From NCBI RefSeq assembly GCF_003019035.1, contig NZ_CP027447.1: a DNA stretch of 64,000 bases; one strand, given 5' to 3'. How positions within the stretch are numbered: the first letter of the stretch is position 1; every line of letters begins with the position of its first letter. A program made the position numbers and the translations under genes. Below the pieces are notes generated by a model. It did no database searches. It saw only the letters and a program-made list of their open reading frames with translations, and was not told the origin of the DNA. This document shows, one piece after another, positions 32,718 to 40,846 of the stretch. Source of the stretch: Escherichia coli. GTDB taxonomy: Bacteria > Pseudomonadota > Gammaproteobacteria > Enterobacterales > Enterobacteriaceae.

Positions 32718-33273
32718 AATCAGTCATGCCAAGATGGTTATAGAAACCCTCTGCACTTGGGAGTGCATGTAGGCAAAAACCAGGTCTATACCCCCAGTTT
32801 GAACAGGCATAATTAATTGTATGTTGGATAAGCTCTTTGCCTACTCCACTATATTTAGGGGTAAAGTTAGGACGAGGACGATTCCAGTATGCTGTTGCAA
32901 TATAATCCACGTAGAAAATTTTATTATTATCAAATCGACTTTCTTTTGGATGGTAAAGAACACAAACACCTTGAACTGCGTCGTTTATTTGCAGAAAAAA
33001 CCACTGATAATCATCACCATTACATTGCAAAAGCTTGCGGCACCAGTCCCAATGCCAATCAGAAAGGCTGTTATCTGCCAGAATTTTCCTTGCTAACTCG
33101 TTATCAGTGGCCATACCGGGGTTAGCAGTAATTAGAGCTGACAATAAATCAGCACGATAGGCACCCCATTTGCTCTGCAAGTCAACCACTTTAGCATAGT
33201 CAATCCCTACGTGAATTTGGTAATCAACTGATTTTCCTGAACAATTTTCAACGACCATAAGCTCCCTTTCCAT
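32626..33273 (-). CDS. GNAT-fold acetyltransferase-like protein (215 aa), first gene of the operon
   Basis: GNAT-like motifs ..FYVDYIATAY..RP.....GVGKELIQ.. and ..SAEGFYNHLGMTDFG..; its stop overlaps the start region of the ImmA gene. Confidence 0.5.
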   Translation of the reverse strand: MERELMVVENCSGKSVDYQIHVGIDYAKVVDLQSKWGAYRADLLSALITANPGMATDNELARKILADNSLSDWHWDWCRKLLQCNGDDYQWFFLQINDAVQGVCVLYHPKESRFDNNKIFYVDYIATAYWNRPRPNFTPKYSGVGKELIQHTINYACSNWGYRPGFCLHALPSAEGFYNHLGMTDFGVDHEKENLRFYEASQVVASTLGGISNAA

Positions 33274-33505
33274 TGTGTCGGCTCATTTTGACTAATAATA
33301 CAACTTTATAGTCTTTAAGAATGCTCTGCTGGTCAAATTTCTTATTTGATCTATAGAAGGCTATGTTTTGAAGCTGGTTGTTAATCTGGTTATGATGTGG
33401 TCATATTAGAATTGGTAAATCAAACCAATTTTGTTGGTATGAATGATGGTATCTTCGCTAATGTAATATGCTTTATTCACTAAAAATCATAAGGATAGTT
33501 GCGAT

Positions 33506-33529
33506 GTTCGAGTCCGGCATCCGCACCAC
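33506..33529 (+). repeat. Degenerate direct repeat of the leuX 3' end (candidate att site at the distal island boundary)
   Basis: GTTCGAGTCCGGCATCCGCACCAC versus leuX GTTCGAGTCCGGCCTTCGGCACCA: 13 identical bases followed by 8 of 11 matching with one gap. Confidence 0.5.
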
Positions 33530-34203
33530 ACTGTATGCAAATCGAGTCGCTCAAGAGCGGCTTTTTTTGTGTCTGAAATCACCCATATCCGTGCAGTATA
33601 TAGGCCTGCCAGAAAAGCAATTCAGTATTCTTCATTTTGTAGTCGATGGTCCCAAGTTTGCTCTGGCTGGAAGCTGCATCGTCCACATTACGTGGGCAGG
33701 GTGGTTTCGCTATGCTACTTGAACGTTTTGACCATGTGGCTCAGGTAGCATATCAAAAGACGTCATTTTGTCTCCACGCCCACCTTGGTGAACATTCAAT
33801 AAATAGTTTCGGTCGAGAGCAGTTATGTAGGGCTAGCAGACGAAATGCGCAGACATCTTGTTGAAGACAATTTTACTGACCACCTGAGAACGCTATTCTA
33901 CCGAATAATATTTATTATCTTGGTGAATAATGATGATTACCTGTGTAACTATGGTTTTATGCTGATGGGACCGGCAGTACAATTTCTGTAGTGTACTCGC
34001 AATTTCAGGTCTCTGGCGTTTATTCTGGTGCAAAGGATGTATGTGATGAAAACTTTGCTACCATGCCATTAAATGCGACCAATATCGGATTATCCATCAG
34101 TTGCTTGTTGTAGATTTCATTGGTTATAAAAATGCAAGGTGTAAAAGATGAAATTTATAATTATTAGTTAAGTGGCTAGTTTTATAGTAATTTAGACAAT
34201 AGG

Positions 34204-36252
34204 ATGTATGGAAAAATGGAAAAAGTTTATGATACCACTAGAATTAGTAATCTTGCTAACGACCCGAAACAGTTTTGTTCTTTTTTTTGTGAGTACATAA
34301 AAAGAGATGATATTAGTATAGATATCGCCTTGGATGTGCTGAGAATATCTTCCATCTATTATAATAGATTTTCAGTTCAGACTGAAGTTGAGTATAACAA
34401 TACATTCAAAAAATGTATTAATGAGCTAGTAAACTCATTTCCTGATAACATTGAACTAATCTCTGAGTTCGAGAGTCAATGTAAAATTATGCATGATATA
34501 AATAATTCTTTCTTTGCGGCTACAAAATGTGCTGGTATTTGGCGTAAAAATACAAAAAAATCACATGCATTAATACTTAATCTCATCATGTTTTGTGAGA
34601 TGTTTTTATCATTATTATCATCCTTGGTTGTGGTCAATGATCCTAAAAAAATGAAGAGGATTTTTCCATTGTTTATCGTTTCTGAAAATATTAATATTCA
34701 TGCTGAACCTGATATCGAATATTTTCGAGTTATCGATAGGGCATTTGATGAGGTAGCCAATTACACCGGAAGAATATTTTCTTATTTACGGACTCATGGG
34801 CCATTGAAACTAACTTCTTGTGTGAATAAACAAACCTTGCTTTCAATGGGAGGGTACCTTAATGAGTGGAATGTTTTTGACTCATTAAGCAGAGTAAGAG
34901 ACTTTTTCAGACTAAGTAGTGCAGTATTTACAAAATTGGATAATAACATTTACTCTCTTGAGGTTGATAGTTTTTGTTTATACCGAGATTATGAGATTGC
35001 AAGAAATAGACTAATGATGAGAGCGTCACATCTATATAGCGAAGTTCATGAATTTAGTAACAAACATTTTCATCTAAATAGTTGGGTAAAGGATCATATG
35101 CCATCTTACTTAAATTCTGATGGCGTTTTTAGCTCATTTCATCTAAGCGAGTTGGAAAATATGTCTCCTGATGACCTTCATGAAGAATATGGGAATATAT
35201 CATTATTTAATTGGGTGCACGCTTATCAATGTTTAGTCGAGTTATCTAAAGAAGAAATGAGCAAAAGATTTTCATCGACAAAACCTATACCCCTACAGTT
35301 GGATCGCTGGCTGATCATAAAAAGCCGTGAGAGTTGGTTATCATTCTTTCAACGTAAGGGGATTGCAGTAGATGCAGCAAAAAAACTGATAGATTATTTT
35401 ACCTTCAATTCAAAATCACATGATCTTAATGATTGCCCATTTATTCCCTGTATGGACGGTTTATGCTTAATGCCTGCATTAATAGCAAATAGCTCAGTGA
35501 CTCGCTCTCTAATGTCATTATTTGGTTCCAAAAAAATTTCTCAAGCAAGTAAAGGGCGATTTCATGAGCAACAATTTATAAAACAAGTTCGTGATGCGGG
35601 GATTAAAGCTTCTCCAATTGATGCTCATGCTAATTATCAGTGCGATTGCGTGATTCTCCTGGATGATTGTTTGATTTTTACAGAACTAAAATCAAATGGT
35701 CAACCAATATATTATGGTAAGTACTATCAGCAAGTGTGTAACATCGTTGGAGATAGCTCATTAATACATGATCATAATAATAAATTTATGCGTTCTTATT
35801 TTCAACAAATAAATCGAATTTCTGAACATTATCTTAATCATCTTAATGTGATCATTAAAGAATTCGAACTACCATCAACATGGCAACCCAAAGGTGTGTA
35901 TAAGCTTATTGTTACTACAACTATGCTCGGTGGGAAATATCATGTGGATGATACATATGTAGCGGACAAATATGCATTATCTAGTTTTTTTCAACGAATA
36001 CCTGGAGTGATATATCAAACAAATGAAAATGGAAAAATGGCGAAAAATATCATTGATGGGTTTGAGTGTTGCGAAGGGGAAATCACTATCGATAAGTTTA
36101 TAGATTATCTTTCCTCTTTGCCCAGTATTAATGCTGTACGTAAAAATATAAAAAAATTAACTTATAGTGTTCGATTTAATGAAAAATTAGTCCATCACCC
36201 TTATTATGATTCTTGGGCTTTTGGCCCATATATTCGTAAGGGAAATGATTAG
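34204..36252 (+). CDS. Large hypothetical protein (682 aa), AT-rich, possible C-terminal PD-(D/E)xK-like motif
   Basis: Uninterrupted 2 kb ORF with strong terminator downstream; C-terminal stretch CDCVILLDDCLIFTELKS has a D...E.K pattern; otherwise unrecognised. Confidence 0.6.
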   Translation: MYGKMEKVYDTTRISNLANDPKQFCSFFCEYIKRDDISIDIALDVLRISSIYYNRFSVQTEVEYNNTFKKCINELVNSFPDNIELISEFESQCKIMHDINNSFFAATKCAGIWRKNTKKSHALILNLIMFCEMFLSLLSSLVVVNDPKKMKRIFPLFIVSENINIHAEPDIEYFRVIDRAFDEVANYTGRIFSYLRTHGPLKLTSCVNKQTLLSMGGYLNEWNVFDSLSRVRDFFRLSSAVFTKLDNNIYSLEVDSFCLYRDYEIARNRLMMRASHLYSEVHEFSNKHFHLNSWVKDHMPSYLNSDGVFSSFHLSELENMSPDDLHEEYGNISLFNWVHAYQCLVELSKEEMSKRFSSTKPIPLQLDRWLIIKSRESWLSFFQRKGIAVDAAKKLIDYFTFNSKSHDLNDCPFIPCMDGLCLMPALIANSSVTRSLMSLFGSKKISQASKGRFHEQQFIKQVRDAGIKASPIDAHANYQCDCVILLDDCLIFTELKSNGQPIYYGKYYQQVCNIVGDSSLIHDHNNKFMRSYFQQINRISEHYLNHLNVIIKEFELPSTWQPKGVYKLIVTTTMLGGKYHVDDTYVADKYALSSFFQRIPGVIYQTNENGKMAKNIIDGFECCEGEITIDKFIDYLSSLPSINAVRKNIKKLTYSVRFNEKLVHHPYYDSWAFGPYIRKGND

Positions 36253-36275
36253 AGCAATTTATTATATAGTCCATG

Positions 36276-36330
36276 TTATTCACTGATTATATTATTGATA
36301 ATATAATCAGTGAATAACTCTAATTTTTTT
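36276..36330 (+). terminator. Rho-independent terminator after the 682-aa gene
   Basis: 17-bp perfect inverted repeat TTATTCACTGATTATAT / ATATAATCAGTGAATAA (36276-36317) followed by a T7 run at 36324-36330. Confidence 0.7.
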
Positions 36331-36650
36331 AATGTTGGGGTTTAGCCTGAAGTTGAAATTGGTACTACGGAACGGTATGATCATATCGCATCAAAATATC
36401 AAGGTAGTGATGATTTTCTACGCACCGATCCAGAAATGTGGATTTTATCATCACCATAAGCAATGGCAGCGACAACACCATCAATTTCTATATCAAAGGT
36501 GGTAAAATAAATTAGAAAATTGTTTATTTAATCCATTAGCGATAAGTTTTATTGTTATTTAGCCGAGATATATTCCATTGAAAAAAGTAAATTGGCACTG
36601 ATATTATATCAAATGGGAATAATCCTTTTGTAAATAAGCTGAGGAATGTG

Positions 36651-36830
36651 TTAATTCACATCCAGCGCCTTATAAACCGCATCAACCGGTTCTGAGTAAA
36701 AACTTACCTGAAACTTGGTAAACAACTCTGCCGGAACTGTTGGAATATCCATAGCCGAGGATATCGGCAACAGAACTCGTTTTGCGCCGCTATCGAAGGC
36801 GAGTTGTAAACTAGCGGCAAGATCCTGCAC
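36651..36830 (-). pseudogene. Orphan 3' gene fragment (about 59 codons), probable remnant of a deleted gene
   Basis: Minus-strand frame translating ..VQDLAASLQLAFDSGAKRVLLPISSAMDIPTVPAELFTKFQVSFYSEPVDAVYKALDVN-stop with normal GC content but no upstream continuation; adjacent plus-strand fragments are also present. Confidence 0.3.
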
Positions 36831-36874
36831 TGATTATGTCAGCAATATTGAACATACTGCGATAGTTATCAACC

Positions 36875-37747
36875 TCACCCCCTAAAAACCTCTTTCCGAT
36901 GCCACTCCACAAATCCCTCATAAGGGTAATTTTTACGTACCTGCGGCAACGCAATAGTTTTCCCGTCAAAATCCCAGAATAGTTTCTCAACGATCCCTCC
37001 GCCGTTTACCGCATCTGATACCAGTACCCGCATATTTTCATCCAGGCCAATCGATCCTTTATCAAAGGCTTTATGGTGTATTGCACAAAGCGCCAGACCA
37101 TTAGGAATTTCACAAGGACCGCCGTGCTGTTTCCATTTTATATGCGCCGCTTCCAGCGCGACGGTGGTGTCGTCGTGGCGCATATTAAAGCCACATATCG
37201 CGCACTGGTAGTTATAAGCGCGTAATACATTTTTGCGAAATAACGGGTCGCGCTGTTTACGGATTTGCTGGAGATCAAAACCCAGTTCGTCAGCAATTTC
37301 TTCCTGAATACTCTCGGTGAAGTGCGCTTCGAGTATCTGTTGCGCCAGAGTATTGATGAGTTTTTTATTGCCAGTTACCAGGGCGTAGTGCTGTTCATCG
37401 AAACCGCCTGCAACGTGGTATTCAGTCAGTTCCTTCACTGGTGGTTGTCGGCTGCTCCCTGCTGTTGAGCAAAGCCCGGCATTGTGTAATTGCCAGAATC
37501 CGTCGCCTTGTAATCGCCAGAACGGCATATCAGGTCGGTACTGTGAACGCTGTGGCCCAAAACGTTCCAGTAAATTGTGCAGAGGTTCGTAGATTTCCGA
37601 TCCATAATCGAAAAGGCGCGGATGCCCATTCAGGTATCCCGCTAATACGTATAGCAGTAACAATGGTTTATGCGGCGCGCGCTGTTCACCCTTGTGCCAG
37701 ATTTTTATATTGGCAATTGCCTGCTGTAGCGATTTACTGGAAGCCAT
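36875..37747 (-). CDS. HNH-motif endonuclease with N-terminal DNA-recognition domain (candidate modification-dependent restriction enzyme)
   Basis: C-terminal His-Me finger CAICGF...HIKWKQHGGPCEIPNGLALCAIHHKAFD; probable start MASSKS at 37747 (track ORF extends to 37804). Confidence 0.7.
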   Translation of the reverse strand: MASSKSLQQAIANIKIWHKGEQRAPHKPLLLLYVLAGYLNGHPRLFDYGSEIYEPLHNLLERFGPQRSQYRPDMPFWRLQGDGFWQLHNAGLCSTAGSSRQPPVKELTEYHVAGGFDEQHYALVTGNKKLINTLAQQILEAHFTESIQEEIADELGFDLQQIRKQRDPLFRKNVLRAYNYQCAICGFNMRHDDTTVALEAAHIKWKQHGGPCEIPNGLALCAIHHKAFDKGSIGLDENMRVLVSDAVNGGGIVEKLFWDFDGKTIALPQVRKNYPYEGFVEWHRKEVFRG

Positions 37748-37958
37748 TGATATCCCTGGCAGTGAAATAATTGCGATCATGCTCGCAAATTTTCTGCTGT
37801 TCAAGCCTGCAAGTGAAGATATATTACCTTGATCTCATTTGTTTTTTTGCTGCCTGTGTACCCTAATTGCCATGCGATGTTGCACCGACGCAAACCACCG
37901 TTTACGCCGGAGGAGTTAAAAGCGCTGATGGATGCAAATAAATCAAATTAATGAACGC

Positions 37959-38939
37959 TCACCTTTCGCGCCAAAACCGCAAAATTGCTTCTACAAACCT
38001 GTCAGAAATAATCCCCCGACGGGCTGCCGCGCTGAAATGACTGCTTCGCAGTGCCGTCGTCCAGTTCTCCGGTGACCGGTACGCTGAACCGTAATATCCC
38101 GTGCTTAAATCGTCCGGGTCTTCAACAGGCGCGTTCGTCAGTCCTCTTTCACCTTGTTGCTGGAAGTCGACGAAAATAATATTGGCTAAAACATTATTTT
38201 GATAATTGCCATAAATAGCTTCATACGCATGAGGGAAATTTTCTTTCCAGTACCAGGTGGTATCGCCGCAAAACCACGGCGCGTCAGTAATATTATTAAG
38301 CTGAGAATGGTATTGTTTTAGATCCCTACGAAAGGCTTCAACCATATGATTAAAGTGTTGAGGGTGTGACGCGTAGTCACTGGTCATTAAGTCAAATTCG
38401 CCTTGCATCCAGCATACGCCGAGGAATTTGTTCTGCGGATTTTTTGCCAGTGCGGCTCGCGTTCTGCTGACTAAATCCTGGTATAGCGGAGTATCCGTTC
38501 CCCAACGACAAGCATCATGGCTGGCTCCGTGCCGTTCTGAATATGTCCCTTCGCTGCCCGCGGTAAAAGCCGATCCGCCACGGCAACACGGAACGATGAG
38601 AACCCCTGCATTATCAGGAATGAAGGGCAGTAATTTCCGTGCAATATGCAGTGCCTGGCCAACGGTGCCGTACTGTGTTTGATGATTCGTTGCCAGAGGA
38701 TGGTGATAACCCTGCATATCCTGAACATCGTGTGGGCAGTGAGTCAGTGGAATAATGTCGTTAAAGTGACATGACGGGCCTCCGGGATGCGTATGCGCAA
38801 ATCTCGCTAATTGTTTAATTCTGGGATGAGGCGCATCTTCCCCGTCCGGTAATGGCAGTCCTTCGCCATACGCCATGGCATTAGACTGACCAGCAACGGT
38901 AAGAACATAGTAATAATCGGGCGATATTATCGCGTTCAT
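37959..38939 (-). CDS. nanS: 9-O-acetyl-N-acetylneuraminate esterase
   Basis: 326-aa MNAIISPDYYYVLTVAGQSNAM...; SGNH-like esterase next to nanM-nanC. Confidence 0.9.
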   Translation of the reverse strand: MNAIISPDYYYVLTVAGQSNAMAYGEGLPLPDGEDAPHPRIKQLARFAHTHPGGPSCHFNDIIPLTHCPHDVQDMQGYHHPLATNHQTQYGTVGQALHIARKLLPFIPDNAGVLIVPCCRGGSAFTAGSEGTYSERHGASHDACRWGTDTPLYQDLVSRTRAALAKNPQNKFLGVCWMQGEFDLMTSDYASHPQHFNHMVEAFRRDLKQYHSQLNNITDAPWFCGDTTWYWKENFPHAYEAIYGNYQNNVLANIIFVDFQQQGERGLTNAPVEDPDDLSTGYYGSAYRSPENWTTALRSSHFSAAARRGIISDRFVEAILRFWRER

Positions 38940-39003
38940 ATAATTTTCGCGTAATTGAAATGATAAATTGATAGCAGGGCCCCTTTACCGGGGCCCTGAA
39001 GCG

Positions 39004-40110
39004 TTAGTTTTGTACTGTGACTTTATTATCCTTCACAGAAATTAAAACTGAATCCGTCACCGCTTTGCCGCCTGCAGTTTCACCGCCAATAATTAATAAA
39101 CTATTATTCCAGGGCAATGATACTCCGTAGGCCCGACCTTGCGATAATTCACCCGATTTATCCCATTTCCCGTTATGCCAAAGATGAATATCAGTGCTAT
39201 ATGATTTTTTCAGGCCTTCATGCGCATAGTTCTTACCGTTCTGGTAATTTTCTCGTGAACCTTTGAATCCGGCCCCCCCGGCAAATATAAGAGAATCATT
39301 GCTTATCCCCGCAAAACCGCCAGCGACGCCATCTGGTGATGAGACGGGAGCAAGCTTATTCCATTTTAAATTATTACCGGTGAAATCAAGTTCAAATACG
39401 GCATCCGTTCGCAATCCTGGTTTGGCTTCGCCATTAATAAGCCAGGTTTTATCACCTTTATTCACAACCGCCGCACCAGCCGTTCCGTACCAGGGAGATT
39501 CGCCAGCGTAACTCCATTGCTGTGTTGAGGGATCAAAAGACAACAGAAACTTATTGAAGAAATAATCTTCTGCTTTTTTGTCAAAATAGTGGGCGTTGAT
39601 TTTATCTATAGCGGTTGAATCTTTTCCAGCCTCGTTGAGATCTTCAAAATAGCCATTGAAGATATTCTGGTTAACACCGCCAGTAACATAAGCCTTGCCG
39701 TTGTGTACAAAAGTCACATGACCCGCCATGCCCATCGGCGCGTGCGACATCAATTTAACCCAGCTATTGGTTTTGGGGTTGTATTTGTGTACGTCATTAA
39801 ATACCTGAGTCAAGCCCTCGCTGTTTTTGCCAATGCCGCCAAACACATACAGATTGCCATCAATAAATGCCGAGGTTGCTTGATCTCTTGGTCCGCCAGG
39901 GAATGCAGCTAACGCTGTCCATTTTTTATCTTTGGCCTGTGTATCCAGCTTGTACCATGCCGTACCTGCGCTACCTAAACCAATGTAGACAGTGTCGTTA
40001 TCAATTGCTCCGGTACCACTTTTAAATGCCACAGGAGTTTCCGGTAATACAGACGCGTTTGCGGCAAATGAAGCCATCATGATAGCAAGCGCCGTTATTG
40101 TTTTATTCAT
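39004..40110 (-). CDS. nanM: N-acetylneuraminate mutarotase (Kelch-repeat beta-propeller, signal peptide)
   Basis: MNKTITALAIMMASFAANA signal peptide and repeated GG-containing Kelch blades; the track ORF is extended 36 codons upstream. Confidence 0.9.
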   Translation of the reverse strand: MNKTITALAIMMASFAANASVLPETPVAFKSGTGAIDNDTVYIGLGSAGTAWYKLDTQAKDKKWTALAAFPGGPRDQATSAFIDGNLYVFGGIGKNSEGLTQVFNDVHKYNPKTNSWVKLMSHAPMGMAGHVTFVHNGKAYVTGGVNQNIFNGYFEDLNEAGKDSTAIDKINAHYFDKKAEDYFFNKFLLSFDPSTQQWSYAGESPWYGTAGAAVVNKGDKTWLINGEAKPGLRTDAVFELDFTGNNLKWNKLAPVSSPDGVAGGFAGISNDSLIFAGGAGFKGSRENYQNGKNYAHEGLKKSYSTDIHLWHNGKWDKSGELSQGRAYGVSLPWNNSLLIIGGETAGGKAVTDSVLISVKDNKVTVQN

Positions 40111-40129
40111 TGTGACTGTCTCCTGTCTA

Positions 40130-40846
40130 CTACAGTTTAAATGACACACCAATGCGATAACTGTTTTCCGATAAATTATCTCTGCCGTTGTAAACACCCT
40201 GACGGTCCAGGTAGTCATATTCTATGTATGGCGTAATATCGGGCGTCATATGGTATTGTAGAACAAATGCATTTTCCGTCGCCCATTTCTTGTGGTTTGC
40301 ATAGCGATAATCGTTCTGTTTGCTGTATAGCGTCGTTTGCCATGCGAAGGTGAAATCACTATTAATATGGTAAGTGACATATCCATCCCAACGATGAACG
40401 TTATCACGAGACATATCACCGGATAAGTCTTGTTGTCGGTAAGCTTTCCAGTCGTAACGATAGCGAATGCCAAAATTAAGATCTTTTGTCGCGTCCCAGG
40501 ACAGTTTTACGTAGGGTCCGTAGCGTGTGCCGTTGCTGCTAAAATGCGTTAACATTCCCGGGCGCACCGTCCATTGATCATCAAGTTTAATCGCGTAATT
40601 AACTTCAACCTGAACATCATTGAGTGCGGCATTTTCCTTTTTATTATCATGAATGGTATTCCAGGTATTACTTTCCATGCTTGCCCACCATCCATTTTGC
40701 CATCCCTCACTGACTTTGAGTCGAGTCTCATAGGCGTGGCTTCCACTACGATATCCACCACGTACGTCCAGTGTCGCAGCCTGAGAAATTAATGGTGACG
40801 AAAAGCACAGTAATAATACGCCAGAAAGTATTTTAGCCTTTTTCAT
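40130..40846 (-). CDS. nanC: N-acetylneuraminic acid outer-membrane channel (KdgM family porin)
   Basis: MKKAKILSGVLLLCFSSPLISQA signal peptide, beta-barrel-type alternating pattern, C-terminal ..RIGVSFKL. Confidence 0.85.
   Translation of the reverse strand: MKKAKILSGVLLLCFSSPLISQAATLDVRGGYRSGSHAYETRLKVSEGWQNGWWASMESNTWNTIHDNKKENAALNDVQVEVNYAIKLDDQWTVRPGMLTHFSSNGTRYGPYVKLSWDATKDLNFGIRYRYDWKAYRQQDLSGDMSRDNVHRWDGYVTYHINSDFTFAWQTTLYSKQNDYRYANHKKWATENAFVLQYHMTPDITPYIEYDYLDRQGVYNGRDNLSENSYRIGVSFKL

Larger units (their letters stand above)
21701..33529. mobile_element. Integrative mobilizable element / genomic island inserted at the 3' end of leuX
   Basis: P4-type integrase directly downstream of the tRNA; AlpA, Rep-like and MobC/MobA genes; visibly AT-rich composition; a degenerate direct repeat of the leuX 3' end at 33506-33529 marks the distal end. 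Confidence 0.6.

Noticed and set aside
33468-33864. Two overlapping plus-strand ORFs (84 and 72 aa) around the att-like repeat
   Set aside because: They overlap the tRNA-like repeat and gene debris, have no start-site support and look like remnants rather than genes.
21914-37804. IS element or transposase within the accessory region
   Set aside because: I looked for transposase-like translations (DDE motifs, terminal inverted repeats flanking an ORF) and found none; the mobility genes present are an integrase and a relaxase.
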